A stretch of 64,000 bases of DNA from the human T2T-CHM13v2.0 reference genome, Homo sapiens, in the NCBI RefSeq assembly GCF_009914755.1, contig NC_060931.1; one strand, given 5' to 3'. A model generated the notes under the pieces. The model was not told where the DNA came from, made no database searches, and saw only the letters and a list, made by a program, of their open reading frames with translations. A program made the position numbers and the translations under genes. Position 1 is the first letter of the stretch; every line of letters begins with the position of its first letter. Positions 1 to 18,638 of this stretch are shown one piece after another.

Positions 1-106
1 ACTTCTCGATTTTCAAGTCCCTCATGATATTAATAATTACTCCTAGTCATTAAAAGGATTAGAAATAATATAGGTAAATTACTTAGACATATTGCATACT
101 CAAAAT

Positions 107-260
107 AGGCTTCTCATCCTAAATGCACATTAGAATTACCTAGAGATCTGATGTCCAGCTGCATCCCAAGCCATTCCCATCTAAATTTGGAGGCTGGCCC
201 CAAGTCAGTATGTTGTTACCCCTCCCTAGGTGAGACAAATAGTCAGCTGGTCAAACCACT
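107..260. mobile_element. MER5-type hAT-Charlie DNA transposon fragment
   Basis: Degenerate MER5 hallmarks 'tgcacattagaattacctagaga' and 'ccctaggtga...aaaccactg'. Confidence 0.45.
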
Positions 261-3200
261 GCCTCCTTACCATATTATAGGCTTAATAACAACCAAAATG
301 CATAAATGACTTTATAATTTACATATCACTTCCATAAACATAATGGGATTTGATTACTACAAAATATTTGAAGCATTATTTTCATTGAAAATTCTTATAT
401 TTTTACAAATGTAAGTGGATTATGAACTATGATAATGAGTAATGTTGGCACAATTCCCTTTGCTCTATCTCAAATTCATGGTATTTCATGTTAGCTCATA
501 AAATTGACACCAGATCTGTTTACAAATCTCTTGTCACATTTATATCATATATCATAACACCTCAAGCACAAAGTTTTTATTTAAAAAAGCCAGTCAAATC
601 CTTCACAAAATCTCTGATTTTCTTCTGCCTCTTATTCAGTGACCTGATCATAGATACATAGACAGATGGATAAATAGATAGAATACCAAAAGTTGCAAAT
701 AACTTCATCTTATATGTAACCTGCCACCCCCCACCCTTTCTTTGCTATGAACACCAAGAACCTAGGTCTATAGGCATTAAAAACACTGTTGAAACTTGAA
801 AAGAGTAAAATAATTGGTTGGGATTTCAGAAACACTGATCTTCATACAGAATCCAACAGAAAGGCCCTACTGATGAATGAAGAAGTGGCTTTCTAGATTA
901 TTGTAAAACAATGATTTTGTAAAACAGCATCATGTGTTACTCCCTTCCACTACTAAAAAAGGTACAACATGCTTTTTCTGGCCCCTCTGTGTATGACTAC
1001 TTGACTTAGATAACTCATATTGTCCTGTAAGTTTTTACAGCTCAGTTCTTACTGGATTTTGTATTAGAACCTTATAATTTAAGAAAATAAAAAAGGTATT
1101 TTCTTGGACTATTGAAAAAGTACCTGTTTGGGGCTATTTCAAAGATACATGGAGTCCCAACATATTAATACTTGTTAAAATAAGAGTATCGGTGACATAA
1201 TGGTATAGCTTGAAAAGCAAACAATATATCTTTAAAATAAATTATACAGGTTTAATAGAAAATGATACCTCAATATCACTGGCCAATGTGATATAAAAAG
1301 TCTAGCTGCATTTAGCCAATAGATGCGACTATTTTGGCCTCTAAAATTTCTACTCCTGCTTCTAAGTGTCCTTGTTGCCTGTTTTTAGATATCACAATAT
1401 TATGAAACATTCCAAAAGATGCATACAAAATAAAACTCTTCTGCTGACTCAGCTTCTGTTGTATCTCAACCCAATAATGATATGTTGAGAATTAAGACTC
1501 TGTCTACTATAGCATATATTTTAATTATACTTTTATAAACCTGAATAAAATATAATTAAAATGTACTTACTATAGAGCTACAATAGAGCTACAATATGAG
1601 AAGTCTATTATTTTAATGCACACATTATAGAAAATGTAATTGACTTCTTAACAAAACCAGAAACTCTGCCTCATAACCAGGAAAATTAATCTCTACGCTG
1701 GGTAGATTTATTAGGAGTTATTATTATCCTAAGCTAAAAAGTTAAAACAAGTAAATATTTTATAAGGGGTCATTATTAACAAATGTACATTGATTCCCTC
1801 CTCTTCCCAGATTTTTTCCACCCTATTGTTCACTTAAGGGAAAAGCAGGTTGATTTACTTATTTCAATATTTTCTTCTCAATTTGTGTCTGGAAAGTACC
1901 TTGTGAGTATGATCTCTAATATTTCTTGCTGACATGTAGCAGGATTATTGCTGTAGATTTAGGAAAACAGAATCCCAACACAGTGTACAAGATGGTGCTC
2001 CATGACGTGCCACTTCCAAAGACATAAATTTTTCCTTAGCAGGAGCACAATGCTTCTTGTTATTGTAACCAAATTCTCATTGATTAAAACAAAAACTCAG
2101 CCTGCATAAGTAACCAGCTGCAATTAGTTATTTAAGCTGTATCTACTACACAAGGCAATTTTTATACAGTAGTGCAAGCAAAAAAAGATCACTTTATCTT
2201 TCTTTTTCTATCTATCATTATAAATCCAGAGAAAAATTAATGGTTCTTCAGAAAAACTACTTTTTAATAAGTCAGACATTCTTGGTTAAAACAAAAATGT
2301 TGATGAAATGTTTAGTATGGTTTAATAAAAATAAAAGCTAAAGTATATATGGAGTTGGGGGGTTTTATTCAAATAATTTATGACAATCATTTGATGAAGA
2401 AAATCTTATTAACTATTTTCAATTTGGGAATAAAGAGGTAGCTAATTACCTCCTCAAAATAGGTTAAAACATGGGATTAGGTTGCTCAAGAGAGATAATA
2501 GTTGTTTACAAGAAATACAATTTCTATGTCTGTAAATATTTTAGCTGCTTAAGTGTAGTAATCCAATAGACAAGCTGTCTGTATTTTTAAAATATAAACA
2601 GGATAATTTACATTTGACAATGTCTAGTCAGTATAAAGCCAAAATGTTGCTAGTCAGAAGTTGTCAGGGGTAATTGACTTCAACCTTATATTTTTCTTTT
2701 TAATACCTGACAATTTACAATATGAGCTTTCCCTTGGAAACCTCCTCATTTTCTCTGGACTGTCTGCCCGGAGGAACACCGAGTGGCTAATTCACAGTTT
2801 GCCTTCAGTAAATTCCGTGAACTGGTTGTTACTAGAAAAGCAATGTAATGCTTGTGTGATTTAGTCAGGTAAAATAACAACGTGTGATAATTGGTCACTT
2901 GTGGTTGGAATACTAGCACAGACTTCCACATGGATATCATAATCCCAGTGACTACTTGCCCATATTAGGAGAGTCTGGTCATCTATGAAAGCTAACAGCC
3001 AGCAAGGGAATGGCTAAGATCCCAGCGGTGAGTGTATAATTAATTCCCAAGGACTCCACAGGACACTTTCTCTTCTCTCCAGAACTTTATAGATGAAGGC
3101 AGAGTATTATTTGTAAAAGCTCTCTGCTTGTCCTCAGTCAAGGTCATGAGAATTTCAGAAATAAATTCACAAAATGGATGCACTGCACTCAACATCTTCA

Positions 3201-3900
3201 TGTGTTAAAGATACAAATAAAATTTACCTGGAAAAAATAGCCACTGATCATAGACAGAGCAGAAGTACTTTCAAGAAGACTGAATCCATGCTTTGCACAA
3301 TTAAGCAGTGCTACCCACCCAGTGAGGATGCCTTATAGTAGCTCATATTTTCATAACAAACTGACTGGTAAATTTAAATGAAAAGTTTAGTGGGTACAAC
3401 AGTGAGTGACCTGCTAATGAGTTGTTAAATCAAAGAAATAAGGAAAGTAAGATAAAAAGAATAGCTTATTTAAGCAAAAATCACAAGTCTAATAAGACAC
3501 AGCGGCTACATAGCAGTTTATTCTAATCCAAAGCTATACTTCGATTTATAAAAAGGGAGAAAACCTACATAATATCCTCAATAAATGTCTTCCATGTCTG
3601 TTGGGATAGAATGTTGCAGTAGTTTTGCTATAGCTTCAAATTCAAAATGCACAATATTAAGTTTGTTTTTTTTAATTTAATTTAATTTTATTATTATTAT
3701 ACTTTAAGTTTTAGGGTACATGTGCACAATGTGCAGGATTCTTACATATGTATACATGTGCCATGTTGGTGTGCTGCACCCATTAACACGTCATTTAGCA
3801 TTAGGTATATCTCCTAATGCTATCCCTCCCCCCTCCGCCCACCCCACAACAGTCCCCGGTGTGTGATGTTCCCCTTCCTGTGTCCATGTGTTCTCGTTGT

Positions 3901-9068
<5,168 letters not shown>

Positions 9069-9131
9069 TATGACGTTAGCTGGTTATTTTGCTCGTTAGT
9101 TGATGCGGTTTCTTCCTAGCCTTGATGGTCT

Positions 9132-10144
9132 TTACAATTTGGCATGTTTTTGCAGTGGCTGGTGCCATTTGTTCCTTTCCACGTTTAGTGCTTCCTTCAG
9201 GAGCTCTTGTAGGGCAGGCCTGGTGGTGACAAATCTCTCAGCATTTGCTTGTCTGTAAAGTATTTTATTTCTCCTTCACTTATGAAGCCTGGTTTGGCTG
9301 GATATGAAATTCTGGGGTGAAAATTCTTTTCTTTAAGAATGTTGAATATTGGCCCCCCCTCTCTTCTCGCTTGTAGAGTTTCTGCCAAGAGATCAGCTGT
9401 TAGTCTGATGAGCTTCCCTTTGTGGGTAACCCGACCTTTCTCTCTGGCTGCCCTTAACGTTTTTTCCTTCATTTCAACTTTGGTGAATCTGACAATTCTG
9501 TGTCTTGGAGTTGCTCTTCTTGAGGAGTATCTTTGTGGCGTTCTCTGTATTTCCTGAATCTGAATGTTGGCCTGCCTTGCTAGATTGGGGAAGTTCTCCT
9601 GGATAATATCCTGCAGAGTGTTTTCCAACTTGGTTCCATTCTCCCCATCACTTTCAGGTACACCAATCAGACGCAGATTTGGTCTTCTCACATAGTCCCA
9701 TATTTCTTTGAGAGTTTGTTCGTTTCTTTTTATTCTTTTTTCTCTAAACTTCCCTTCTCGCTTCGTTTCATTCATTTCATCTTCCATCACTGATACCCTT
9801 TCTTCCAGTTGATCGCGTCGGCTCCTGAGGCTTCTGCATTTTTCACGTAGTTCTCTAGCCTTGGCTTTCAGCTCCATCAGCTCCTTTAAGTACTTCTCTG
9901 CATTGGTTATTCTAGTTATACATTCGTCTAATTTTTTTTCAAAGGTTTTAAATTCTTTGCCATTGGTTTGAATTTCTTCCTGTAGCTCGGAGTAGTTTGA
10001 TCGTCTGAAGCCTTCTTCTCTCAACTCGTGAAAGTCATTCTCCATCCAGCTTTGTTCCAGTGCTGGTGAGGAACTGCATTCCTTTGGAGGAGAGGCACTC
10101 TGCTTTTTAGAGTTTCCAGTTTTTCTGCTCTGTTTTTTCCCCAT
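9132..10144 (-). pseudogene. L1 ORF1p (RNA-binding chaperone), open for ~306 codons then frameshifted
   Basis: MGKKQSRKTGNSK... with coiled coil, RRM (RRPNLRLIGVPE), REKG and ARR motifs. A 1-bp loss near 9231 gives MLRDLSPPGLPYKSS* (stop 9197). The native stop lies at ~9132. Confidence 0.93.
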
Positions 10145-10316
10145 CTTTGTGGTTTTATCTACTTTTGGTCTTTGATCATGGTGACGTACAGATGGGTTTT
10201 TGGTGTGGATGTCCTTTCTGTTTGTTAGTTTTCCTTCTAACAGACAGGACCCTCAGCTGCAGGTCTGTTGGAGTTTGCTAGAGGTCCACTCCAGACCCTG
10301 TTTGCCTGGGTATCTG

Positions 10317-10367
10317 CAGCAGTGGCTGTAGAACAGTGGTGGCTGTAGAACAGCAGTGGCTGTGGAA
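10317..10367. repeat. 17-bp unit x3 (CAGCAGTGGCTGTAGAA) in the L1 5'UTR
   Basis: cagcagtggctgtagaa / cagtggtggctgtagaa / cagcagtggctgtggaa, read directly. Confidence 0.9.
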
Positions 10368-10758
10368 CAGTGGCTTTTCGTGAACCGCAATTGCTGCTGC
10401 CTGATTGGTCCTTTGGAATTTTTGTCTCAGAGGATTACCGGGCCGTGTGAGGTGTCAGTCTGCCCCTACTGGGGGGTGCCTCCCAGTTAGGCTGCTCGGG
10501 GGTCAGAGACCCACTTGAGGAGGCAGTCTTCCGGTTCTCAGATCTCCACCTGCATGCTGGGAGAGCCACTACTCTCTTCAAAGCTGTCAGACAGGGACAT
10601 TTAAGTCTGCAGAGGTTACTGCTGTCTTTTTGTTTTTCTGTCTGTGCCCTGCCCCCAGAGGTGGAGCCTACAGAGGCAGGCAGGCCTCCTTGAGCTGTGG
10701 TGGGTTCCACCCATTTCGAGCTTCCCGGCCGCTTTGTTTACCTAAGCAAGCCTGGGCA

Positions 10759-10980
10759 ATGGCAGGCGCCCCTCCACCAGCCTCGCTGCTGCCTTGCAGT
10801 TTGATCTCAGACTGCTGTGCTAGCAATCATCGAGACTCTGTGGGCATAGGACCCTCTGAGCTAGGTGCAGGATATAATCTCCTGGTGCGCCATTTTTTTA
10901 AGGCTGTTGGAAAATTGCAGTATTCGGGTGGGAGTGACCCGATTTTCCAGGTGCCATCTGTCACCCCTTTGTTTGACTAG
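10759..10980 (+). CDS. L1 antisense ORF0 variant (73 aa, frameshifted C-terminus)
   Basis: ATG at 10759 gives MAGAPPPASLLPCSLISDCCASNHRDSVGIGPSELGAGYNLLVR, matching the ORF0p N-terminus. The canonical IRVGVTRFSRC end lies in another frame (ORF 10865..11341). Confidence 0.7.
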   Translation: MAGAPPPASLLPCSLISDCCASNHRDSVGIGPSELGAGYNLLVRHFFKAVGKLQYSGGSDPIFQVPSVTPLFD

Positions 10981-12811
10981 GAAAGGGAACTCCCTGACCC
11001 CTTGCACTTCCCGAGTGAGGCAATGCCTCGCCCTGCTTCGGCTCGCCCACGGTGCGCTGCACCCACTGTCCTGCACCCGCTTTCTGGCACTCCCTAGTAA
11101 GATGAACCCGGTATGTCAGATGGAAATGCAGAAATCACCAGTCTTCTGTGTAGCTCACTCTGGGAGCTGTAGACCAGAGCTGTTCCTATCTGGCCATCTT
11201 GGCTCCCTCCCTAATATTAAGTTTTTAACTTATTGCTTTAATAGAATTTTAGCAAAAAACAAATTGAAAATATTCAGTCGCAATGACTGGAATTGCCATC
11301 ATGAACCCAAATTTGAACACCTTAGGCCAATAATAGCATAGCCTCACATTATAATATTTATTATGATTATAGTACCTTTATTTTACAAAAAAAGAGGGGG
11401 CTTTCTGTTGTGAATGCATTTTTCAAATCAAAAAGTAGAAGAGTATCCACTGTGTGCATTTGTCCTATAAACTTGTTTTTCCTAAATTTACTGAATTACT
11501 ATGAATGGTACTGCTATCTTGCTGATCAGTAAACATAAATCAAACATAAATATATGGGTTCATGAAAAGTGCTTAATGCAATACCTACAAAAAGTTAGCT
11601 TTCTATAATTTTTTATGATGATAATCATCATCATATTTGGATTCTCTTTTGCATCCAAGTAGTGCTACACTTCCCTCCATAATTTCTACCTGCTATCTCT
11701 CTTAGCAGTTCCTTTCTACAGCTCTTGCTGTACCTTAACTCAAGCTTCTGTTGCCTCCTGACTTGACTTGATTGTCATAATAAAGTACAAAGTGATTTCT
11801 CACCTCTAGTTTTGCCTGTTTTGTTTTTTCCAAAACCATTTATATCCTTAATATTAGTGACACCATGATTTTTCTAAAATGAAATATATGTTACATTACT
11901 GTTTCGGGTCCCTCGATGATTCCTAACAGGAAAGTACAGACCCTTTCATGGTATAAATGGTCCTATGCAATGTGCCCTCCCTTTTCCTATTAAATGTTAT
12001 ATCTTACCCCTCCCATTTCTCAACAGGAGAACTAAAACTTTTACATGCTATGAATGGTTCTGTGCAGTCTATCAATCTGCCTTATGTTTACCTACTAAAC
12101 ATCATCACTCACCACTCATATTCAGTCATATTCTAGACCCCAAAGGTCCAACTTTGAGTTGCTCAAATCTTCCATAAGGTTTCATGGTTGCACACCTCAC
12201 ATGATAGTTGTTACACTTTTTTTTAAGTTTCCATATGCACTATACTTAAATGTTTTTTTTTTCCCTGCTGTTCTGTTGTAGAAGTAACTAATTTATTCTC
12301 TGTGCGCCCTCTAAATTCCCAGTTTACCTGTGTTAGAAACTATGCTATTCTATCTTACACACACACAAACACACGTTTGTTTATAGACGTTTTGGATGGC
12401 AAGCTTTGTTTCGTCAGAACATAGCATGTACTACAGCACCTGGCATACTACCTGGATTATTTTCCAATCTCCATGACAATAATTGGAAACATTTCAGGAT
12501 TACTTAGTAGTACTAGGACCTCATAAATATTAACACATTGATTAAGACAAGGTATTTTCTGTCATTTAAGAAGTCCAGAATTGTCCAAAGTGTTGTCACT
12601 TCGCAGAGTAATTTAATTCTGATCATTCTCTTTGTTACTAGACTTGTGAATTATTCAAGAATTGTGTTTTTCCTTCTTTATGCTGGCTTCCAGAATGTAG
12701 ACCTCCAATATTTATATGGAAAATACATATGTATTTTGTTTCATAAATTCAATATCCTTATTTTACATTTCCTATTTTACTTCATACTAATTTTGTTACT
12801 ATATTTTACTT

Positions 12812-13357
12812 TTTGCCCAGCGTTAGCTTGGAAAATAGAACATGAGGAAAAGCTTATATGCAAAGGGTTTATTGAGAGGTAAAATTCCAGGCCAGAGGAG
12901 TTAGTTAGGAAGGAAAAGGAAGTGAGGTGAGAAGACGGGAAAGTAAAAGTATTTGGGAGTGTGATACAAACCTGGCCATGGAGTTAGAAAACACAGCTGG
13001 CTGTTTGCCAAAAGCAGTGTCTTCCAGAAAAGACACGTAGAATCACGTTGCTTCAGTATAGTCCATCAGGAGGAGGATGGAAAAGACATTCACTTTCCAG
13101 ATTCTTAAAGTCTCCGGTCCCTCGTTTTTATTCTCCCCATGGGCGTTAAAGTTCTTGCTTTCCTGGATTTTCTTCCTTTCCCTGTCCAGGCAATTGCTGG
13201 AAAAGCTGTATGTCACTCCCTAAGGCTGGATGTCTTCCTCTAGGTCAGAAAGCTTTGGACAGGAACAGAACTTGTGTGTGTTCCTCTGGGTGAGACTTCG
13301 GTGTTAGAGTTGCGGTGGCCCACTATGGTGATACCAAGAGGGACTCTGGTTGGTACA
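12812..13357 (-). mobile_element. ERVL-class LTR (LTR16-like), 3' LTR
   Basis: The minus strand starts TGTACC right after a polypurine tract (GGAGGTAAGAAGTGGAA) and has an AATAAA near its far end. Colinear similarity with 19131-19634. Confidence 0.6.
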
Positions 13358-14465
13358 TTCCACTTCTTACCTCCAAACAAGCTTTAGCAGTAAATAGTGT
13401 CAGAAGGGAAAATAAAGGCAGTGGCATGCTGTATTCTCCAATAAGCAAAAGGCAGAGGCTTAAAGAGGCAGATAAACTGAGGCTGGTACAGTTCATCCCT
13501 TGTGCCTTTCTGCTTGCATCCTCTTATGATATCTGGATCTTATATAAGAACAGGATGGTATCATATCTTCCATAAAAGGGAACATGCAGGTTCAACCTCT
13601 TTAAAAATCTTAACAAACTTTAGCAAACTGAAACTATAGTCTGCAATGCAGCAGCTAGCCATGGTGTCAAGATTTCCTTCATCCTTAGCCATCATCTTCT
13701 CTCATATGGTTTGCTTGCTTTCTGGAGTGACCTAGATATTAAATTCAAACTCAGAGAAGTATGATTTGTTGTTGTGCCAATATCTATTCACAATTTTCAT
13801 TGGTCATGGAAATACCATAAGACAGTCTAGTTAATCACTTAGGCTCCAGGTCTATTCTTGTCTTCCCCCATGGTGCAGTTGTAACTGTAGGTATCCCTGG
13901 TCAAAGTCACTTTCCCAACTCAGTAAAATAAGTTTGCTCTTGGGCTGCTAGTCTCCTGGCCTACTTTCCTTTAATGTATCAGATTTTTTTTCAGATGCCT
14001 GATTAAATATCCAAGATATTATTTCCTAGGAATAAGTGCATATCTTTATCTATGACTGTTTCTCTTTTCATATAAAGTGGATGTTGAAGTGCACCCCTCA
14101 TAGATCTAGTCACTGGAAGGATTTTTCTTTACCCTTATTTTTAAAAATCACCCTTTAGTGGAACTATAATGAATAACAGATTAACTCCAGTTAGTATCAT
14201 CATATCATGCTTACATTTCTGTAAACCAGGCCTGAGCATTTTTCTTCACTTTAATTATGTTGTAGGGAAACCCCCATGAGACTACAGGTGTGAAGCAAGA
14301 TAGAAGCATCAGTGCAAAAGAGGTAAGTGTCAAAGGAATGTAGAACACCTGTTCATAACTTACAAGTTAGCAAGTCTGTTACCCACAGGATGACAACTTT
14401 AGTTGCGTAATTACTTGATGTTCCATAGTCAGGTACATAGTTTCATCTAAGGCATAGTAGCTGCA
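13358..14465 (-). mobile_element. ERVL internal remnant (RNase H region to 3' end)
   Basis: Minus-strand translation near 14390-14460 reads YYALDETMYLTMEHQV, resembling ERVL pol CYWALVETERLTMGHQV. Confidence 0.6.
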
Positions 14466-14469
14466 GATT

Positions 14470-17400
14470 AATATATTCATTTAATAAACATCATTTTAGC
14501 TAAACAACACACTTCTAAGTAATTCATAAAGACTATGTTTCAGGTCAGATATAAAAATGCATTGTACTGCATATAAAAGAAAATATATCAATATTTGTGG
14601 AACACATCTCAAGTAGTGTTGAGTGAAAAATCTACAGCATTAAATGCATGAAATAGAAAAAGGAAATATTCTAAGTTCGTACTTCAAGTATCTAGAAAAA
14701 GAAAAGCAAAATAAATCCAAACCAAGTAGAATTGGAGAAATAATAAAGATACGAGCAGAAATAAATGAAATAGAAAACAGAAAAACAATAGAGAAAACCA
14801 ATACAACAAAGATCTGGTTCTTTGCAAAACATCAATAAAACTGACAAATATGTAGCACAACAGAGAAAGAAAAAGAGAAACAGAGAAAACAAAGTACAAA
14901 TATCATGAATGAAACAGGAATATCACTATAATTCCTGCAAACATCAAGAAGATATGAAAAACTCTATGCACATAAATTGGACAAAATAGATGAAATGGGC
15001 CCTTTTTTGAAATACACACAAAGTACTAAAACTATTAGCACATACAATTTAACAATATAAAAATGTTATACACCATAGCCAAGTGAAGTTCATTCCAGGG
15101 ATGCAAAACAAGGTCAATATTTGATAATCAATATAGTCCACCACATTAATTAGCTAATTTTAAAAAACATATCAATTGATGTAGAAAAATCTTCAGTTTG
15201 ATAAGCAGCACCTACAGAAATCCTACATCTAACATTTTCCTTCAATGGTGAAAGTTTGAAACATTTCCTCCTAAGATCTGTAACAAGGCAAGTATATATG
15301 CTCTCAGAATTTTTATTCAATAAGCACTAGAAATTGTAGCTAGTGGATTAAGGCAAGAAAATAAAAATTAAGGGCATGCAGATCAGAAAGGGAAAATGAA
15401 AGTGTTTTATTTGCAGATGACATGATTGTCAATGTAAAAATTTAAATTCAATCTAAAAATTCTAGAATTAATCAGTTTAGCAAGGTCACATGACACGAGA
15501 TAAAATTCAAAAATCAATTATATTCCTATCTACTAGCAACAAACGTGGATACCAAAATTGAAAATACAATATCTTTTATAACTTCTAAAAAAATGACTTA
15601 CAAGTATATTTAACAATAATTTATAGTAACTGTATCCTGAAAACTAAAAATACTTTATTAAAAAAATCAAAAAAGAAAGAGCTAAGTAAATGAAGAGGAG
15701 ACATACCATATTTATGGGCTAGAAGGCTCAACATAGCAAGCATGAATTTTTGCCGAGTTAATATACAGGTATAAAAAACTTCTTACCAAAATTCTATATT
15801 TTTTGTAGATATAGACAAGATATATAGAATAGCTAAAACAATTTTGAAAAAGAATAATAAAATGGAAGGAATCTGTTTCTCTGGTTTCAAGATTTAACAT
15901 ATAGGTATAGTAATCAGTACTATGTGACTGTGGTAGAAGAATAGTTATATAGATCAACGGAACAGAATAGAGAACCAAGAAACAGACACCCACAAATCTA
16001 CCCAACTGATTTTTGACAAAGGTGCAAAAGCGATTCAATGAGGAAGGATAACTCTTTCAACAAATAATAGTGAAGCAATTGGACACACAACTCCATAGAC
16101 CAAAATAATCAAATCTTACACTGTACACAAAAATTAACACATAATAGATCACAAACTTAAATGTAAAAAGCGAAATTAAGACTCTTAGAAGAATTGGATA
16201 AAGAACGTCTTCAGAATGTAGAGTTAGGCAAAGAACTCTTAGATTTTAAACCAAAAGCATGATAGTAACAGGAAAAACTGATACGTTGGAATTCATTGAA
16301 ATGAAAAATTTTGGTCTGCAAAAAGCTGCCAAGAGGATGAAAAGACAAGCTACAGACCAGGAGAAAGTATTTGAAAACAATATATCTAACAACAAGTATC
16401 TAGAATTTATAAAAACTCTCAAACTGAACAATAAAGAAATAAACAATCTGATTAGAAAACGAGCAATCACAGGCAGAGGCATTTCACCAAAAGGCATTTA
16501 CAAATGGAAAATAAGCACATGAAAAGCTATTCAACATCATTAGCCTTCAGGGAAATGCAAATGTAAATCACAGTAGGTATCACTATACATCTATCAGAAT
16601 GGCTAAGAGAAAAAAGTGACAACACCAAATGCTGGTGAGGACACAGAGAAACTAGGTCACTCCTAAATTACTTGTAAGAATATAAATGGTTCAATTACTC
16701 TAAGAAGCATTTTGAAATTTTTTTAAAAAACCTCACATAGAACTACCATATAACCCAGCAATTGTACTCTTGAGCAATTTTCCATAGAAAAAAAAAAAAC
16801 TGACATTCATACAAAAACATGTACATGAACGTTTATTAGTTTTATTCAAAATAGTTAAAAACTAGAAAGGACCCAGATGATCTTCAAAGAGTGAATTGTT
16901 AAGGAAACTTGGATATCTTTATCATGAAATACTGCTTAGCACCAAAAAGAACAAACTATTGATACACACAATGAGCTCAATGAACCTCCAGAGAATTATG
17001 GTGAGTGAAAAACAGTTAATCCCCAAAGGTTTCATACTAAATGATTCCATTTAAAAACTGTTATGGACTTAATATGTTTCTTCAAATTTTGTATGCTTAA
17101 ATCTTAATTCTAGTACCTCAGAATGTGACTATATTTGGACACAAGGTCTTTAAAGAGATTAGTAAGGTAATAGGTCATTAAGGTGGGTCCTAAGCTAATA
17201 TGCCTGGTGTCTTTAAAATAAGAGGTGATTAGGACACACACACACACAGTGGCAAGACTATGTGAAGACACCAGGAGAAGATAGGCATCTAACAGTCAAA
17301 GAGAAGGCTTCAGGGAAAAAAAAATTCCTGCCAACACCTTGAACTTGGACTTCTAGGCTCTAGAACTATGAGGGCATAAATTTCTCTTGTTTAAGCCACC

Positions 17401-17750
17401 AAGTCTGTGGTACTTTGTTATGGAAGCCCTAGCCAATGAATACAATAACCATCCTGCAATGAAAAAATTATAGAAATATGGAACATATTAGTGGTTGTCA
17501 GGGGTTAAGAAACAGAGTGTAAGGGGATTGGGTGTAATTATAAAAAAGCAAAATGAGGGATCTTTGTGATGATGTAAATGTCCTGTATCTTGACTGTTTG
17601 TTTCAATATTAATATCCCAGTTGAGATATTGTACTATAATTTGCAAGATATTACCATGGTTGGGGGGACTGTTTAAAGGGTACAAAGGCTTGCTTTGTAT
17701 TATTTCTTACCATTCCATGTGTCTACAATTATCCCAACATAGGAAGAAGT
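14470..17750 (+). mobile_element. Ancient L1 (L1MC/L1MD-type) ORF2 and 3'UTR remnant
   Basis: Degenerate ORF2 motifs (EIIKIRAEINEIENRKTIEK; 'ttccagggatgcaa'; 'tttgcagatgacatgattgtc') and an L1MC/MD-type 3' end. Confidence 0.85.
17059..17443 (+). mobile_element. MaLR solo LTR (MLT1A/B-type) inserted in the old L1
   Basis: TG...CA ends, 'cctcagaatgtgactatatttgga', 'tgtggtactttgttatgg...aataca'. Approximate 5-bp TSD aaaac/ataac. Confidence 0.85.
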
Positions 17751-18638
17751 TAAACTAAATATGAGATATTATGTCAATATTCAGGCAGAAGGGATTTAAT
17801 AGAGACTGTACAGAATATTTGGGAAAGCAAAATTGTAGAATCTTAAATAACTGATTTGACTATTGATTTCTAGGCTATGTCCAATAGAGCTACAAATCTG
17901 AGGTCAGAAAATTGCCACCCCCAATTACTCATCAGGCCCTGGATCAAACCAGTCACTATAGTTATCCCCAAATTTCCCGATCCCTACATTTGTGCTAGCC
18001 AGCAACCATATCACCAAGAGACCAAGAGAATGGGCTCCATCACATTTGTGACCTTTTAATCTCAAACCAGTATAACTAATTTGTGAAAGTTAATTTATAT
18101 ACAACGGTCCAGATTAAGGAAATCTTGAAAGTTAGTTTTTAAATTTCCAAATTCTCCACCTAGAAGGCAGTTGGAATGGAAATTTTTAGAGGAAATACAT
18201 ATTACCAACTACACTAATACTTTTCTTTTAGGGCCGTAGTAAGAATTAAATAAAATAATATTTGTGGAAGTGTTTCCTTAACTGCTAGTCAAATGTTAGT
18301 TTCACTTCTAATCTTCAGGTCTATGTAGCTTGAAAAATTGCTTCTTCTCCTTTACTCTTAGGTTTCATTAATGGGAAAACTGATGAAGGTTGGATGAGAA
18401 GCCCTCTGTCAAATCCATACATCTGTAGTCAGTAAAATATAGACTTTTCAGCCCTTGGCAGTTTTCCCTTCTCTTTCTATGCTATCAGTTGCATACCCAC
18501 ATTACAACTTGTAACTCTTAAATTCATACTTTTCACTCCGACCTTAAGCTTTGAAATTTCATCTTATATATCAGGTATCTTCAACTAAGATGTTCTAAAT
18601 TTACTTCATAATTAATTTTCTCCAAATTCAAGACATCT

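Larger units (their letters stand above)
10145..11212 (-). promoter_or_regulatory. L1 5'UTR internal sense promoter plus antisense promoter
   Basis: GC-rich L1PA 5'UTR with intact YY1 site (CAAGATGGCC on minus; ggccatcttg at 11192-11201). Confidence 0.85.

Noticed and set aside
2661-3033. Possible coding exon(s): short ORFs and a GCG|GTGAGT donor at 3028
   Set aside because: No recognisable protein and only a weak upstream acceptor.
3824-3846. G-quadruplex-forming tract (also at ~6583 and ~49826)
   Set aside because: Standard L1 3'UTR G-rich tract, already well known.
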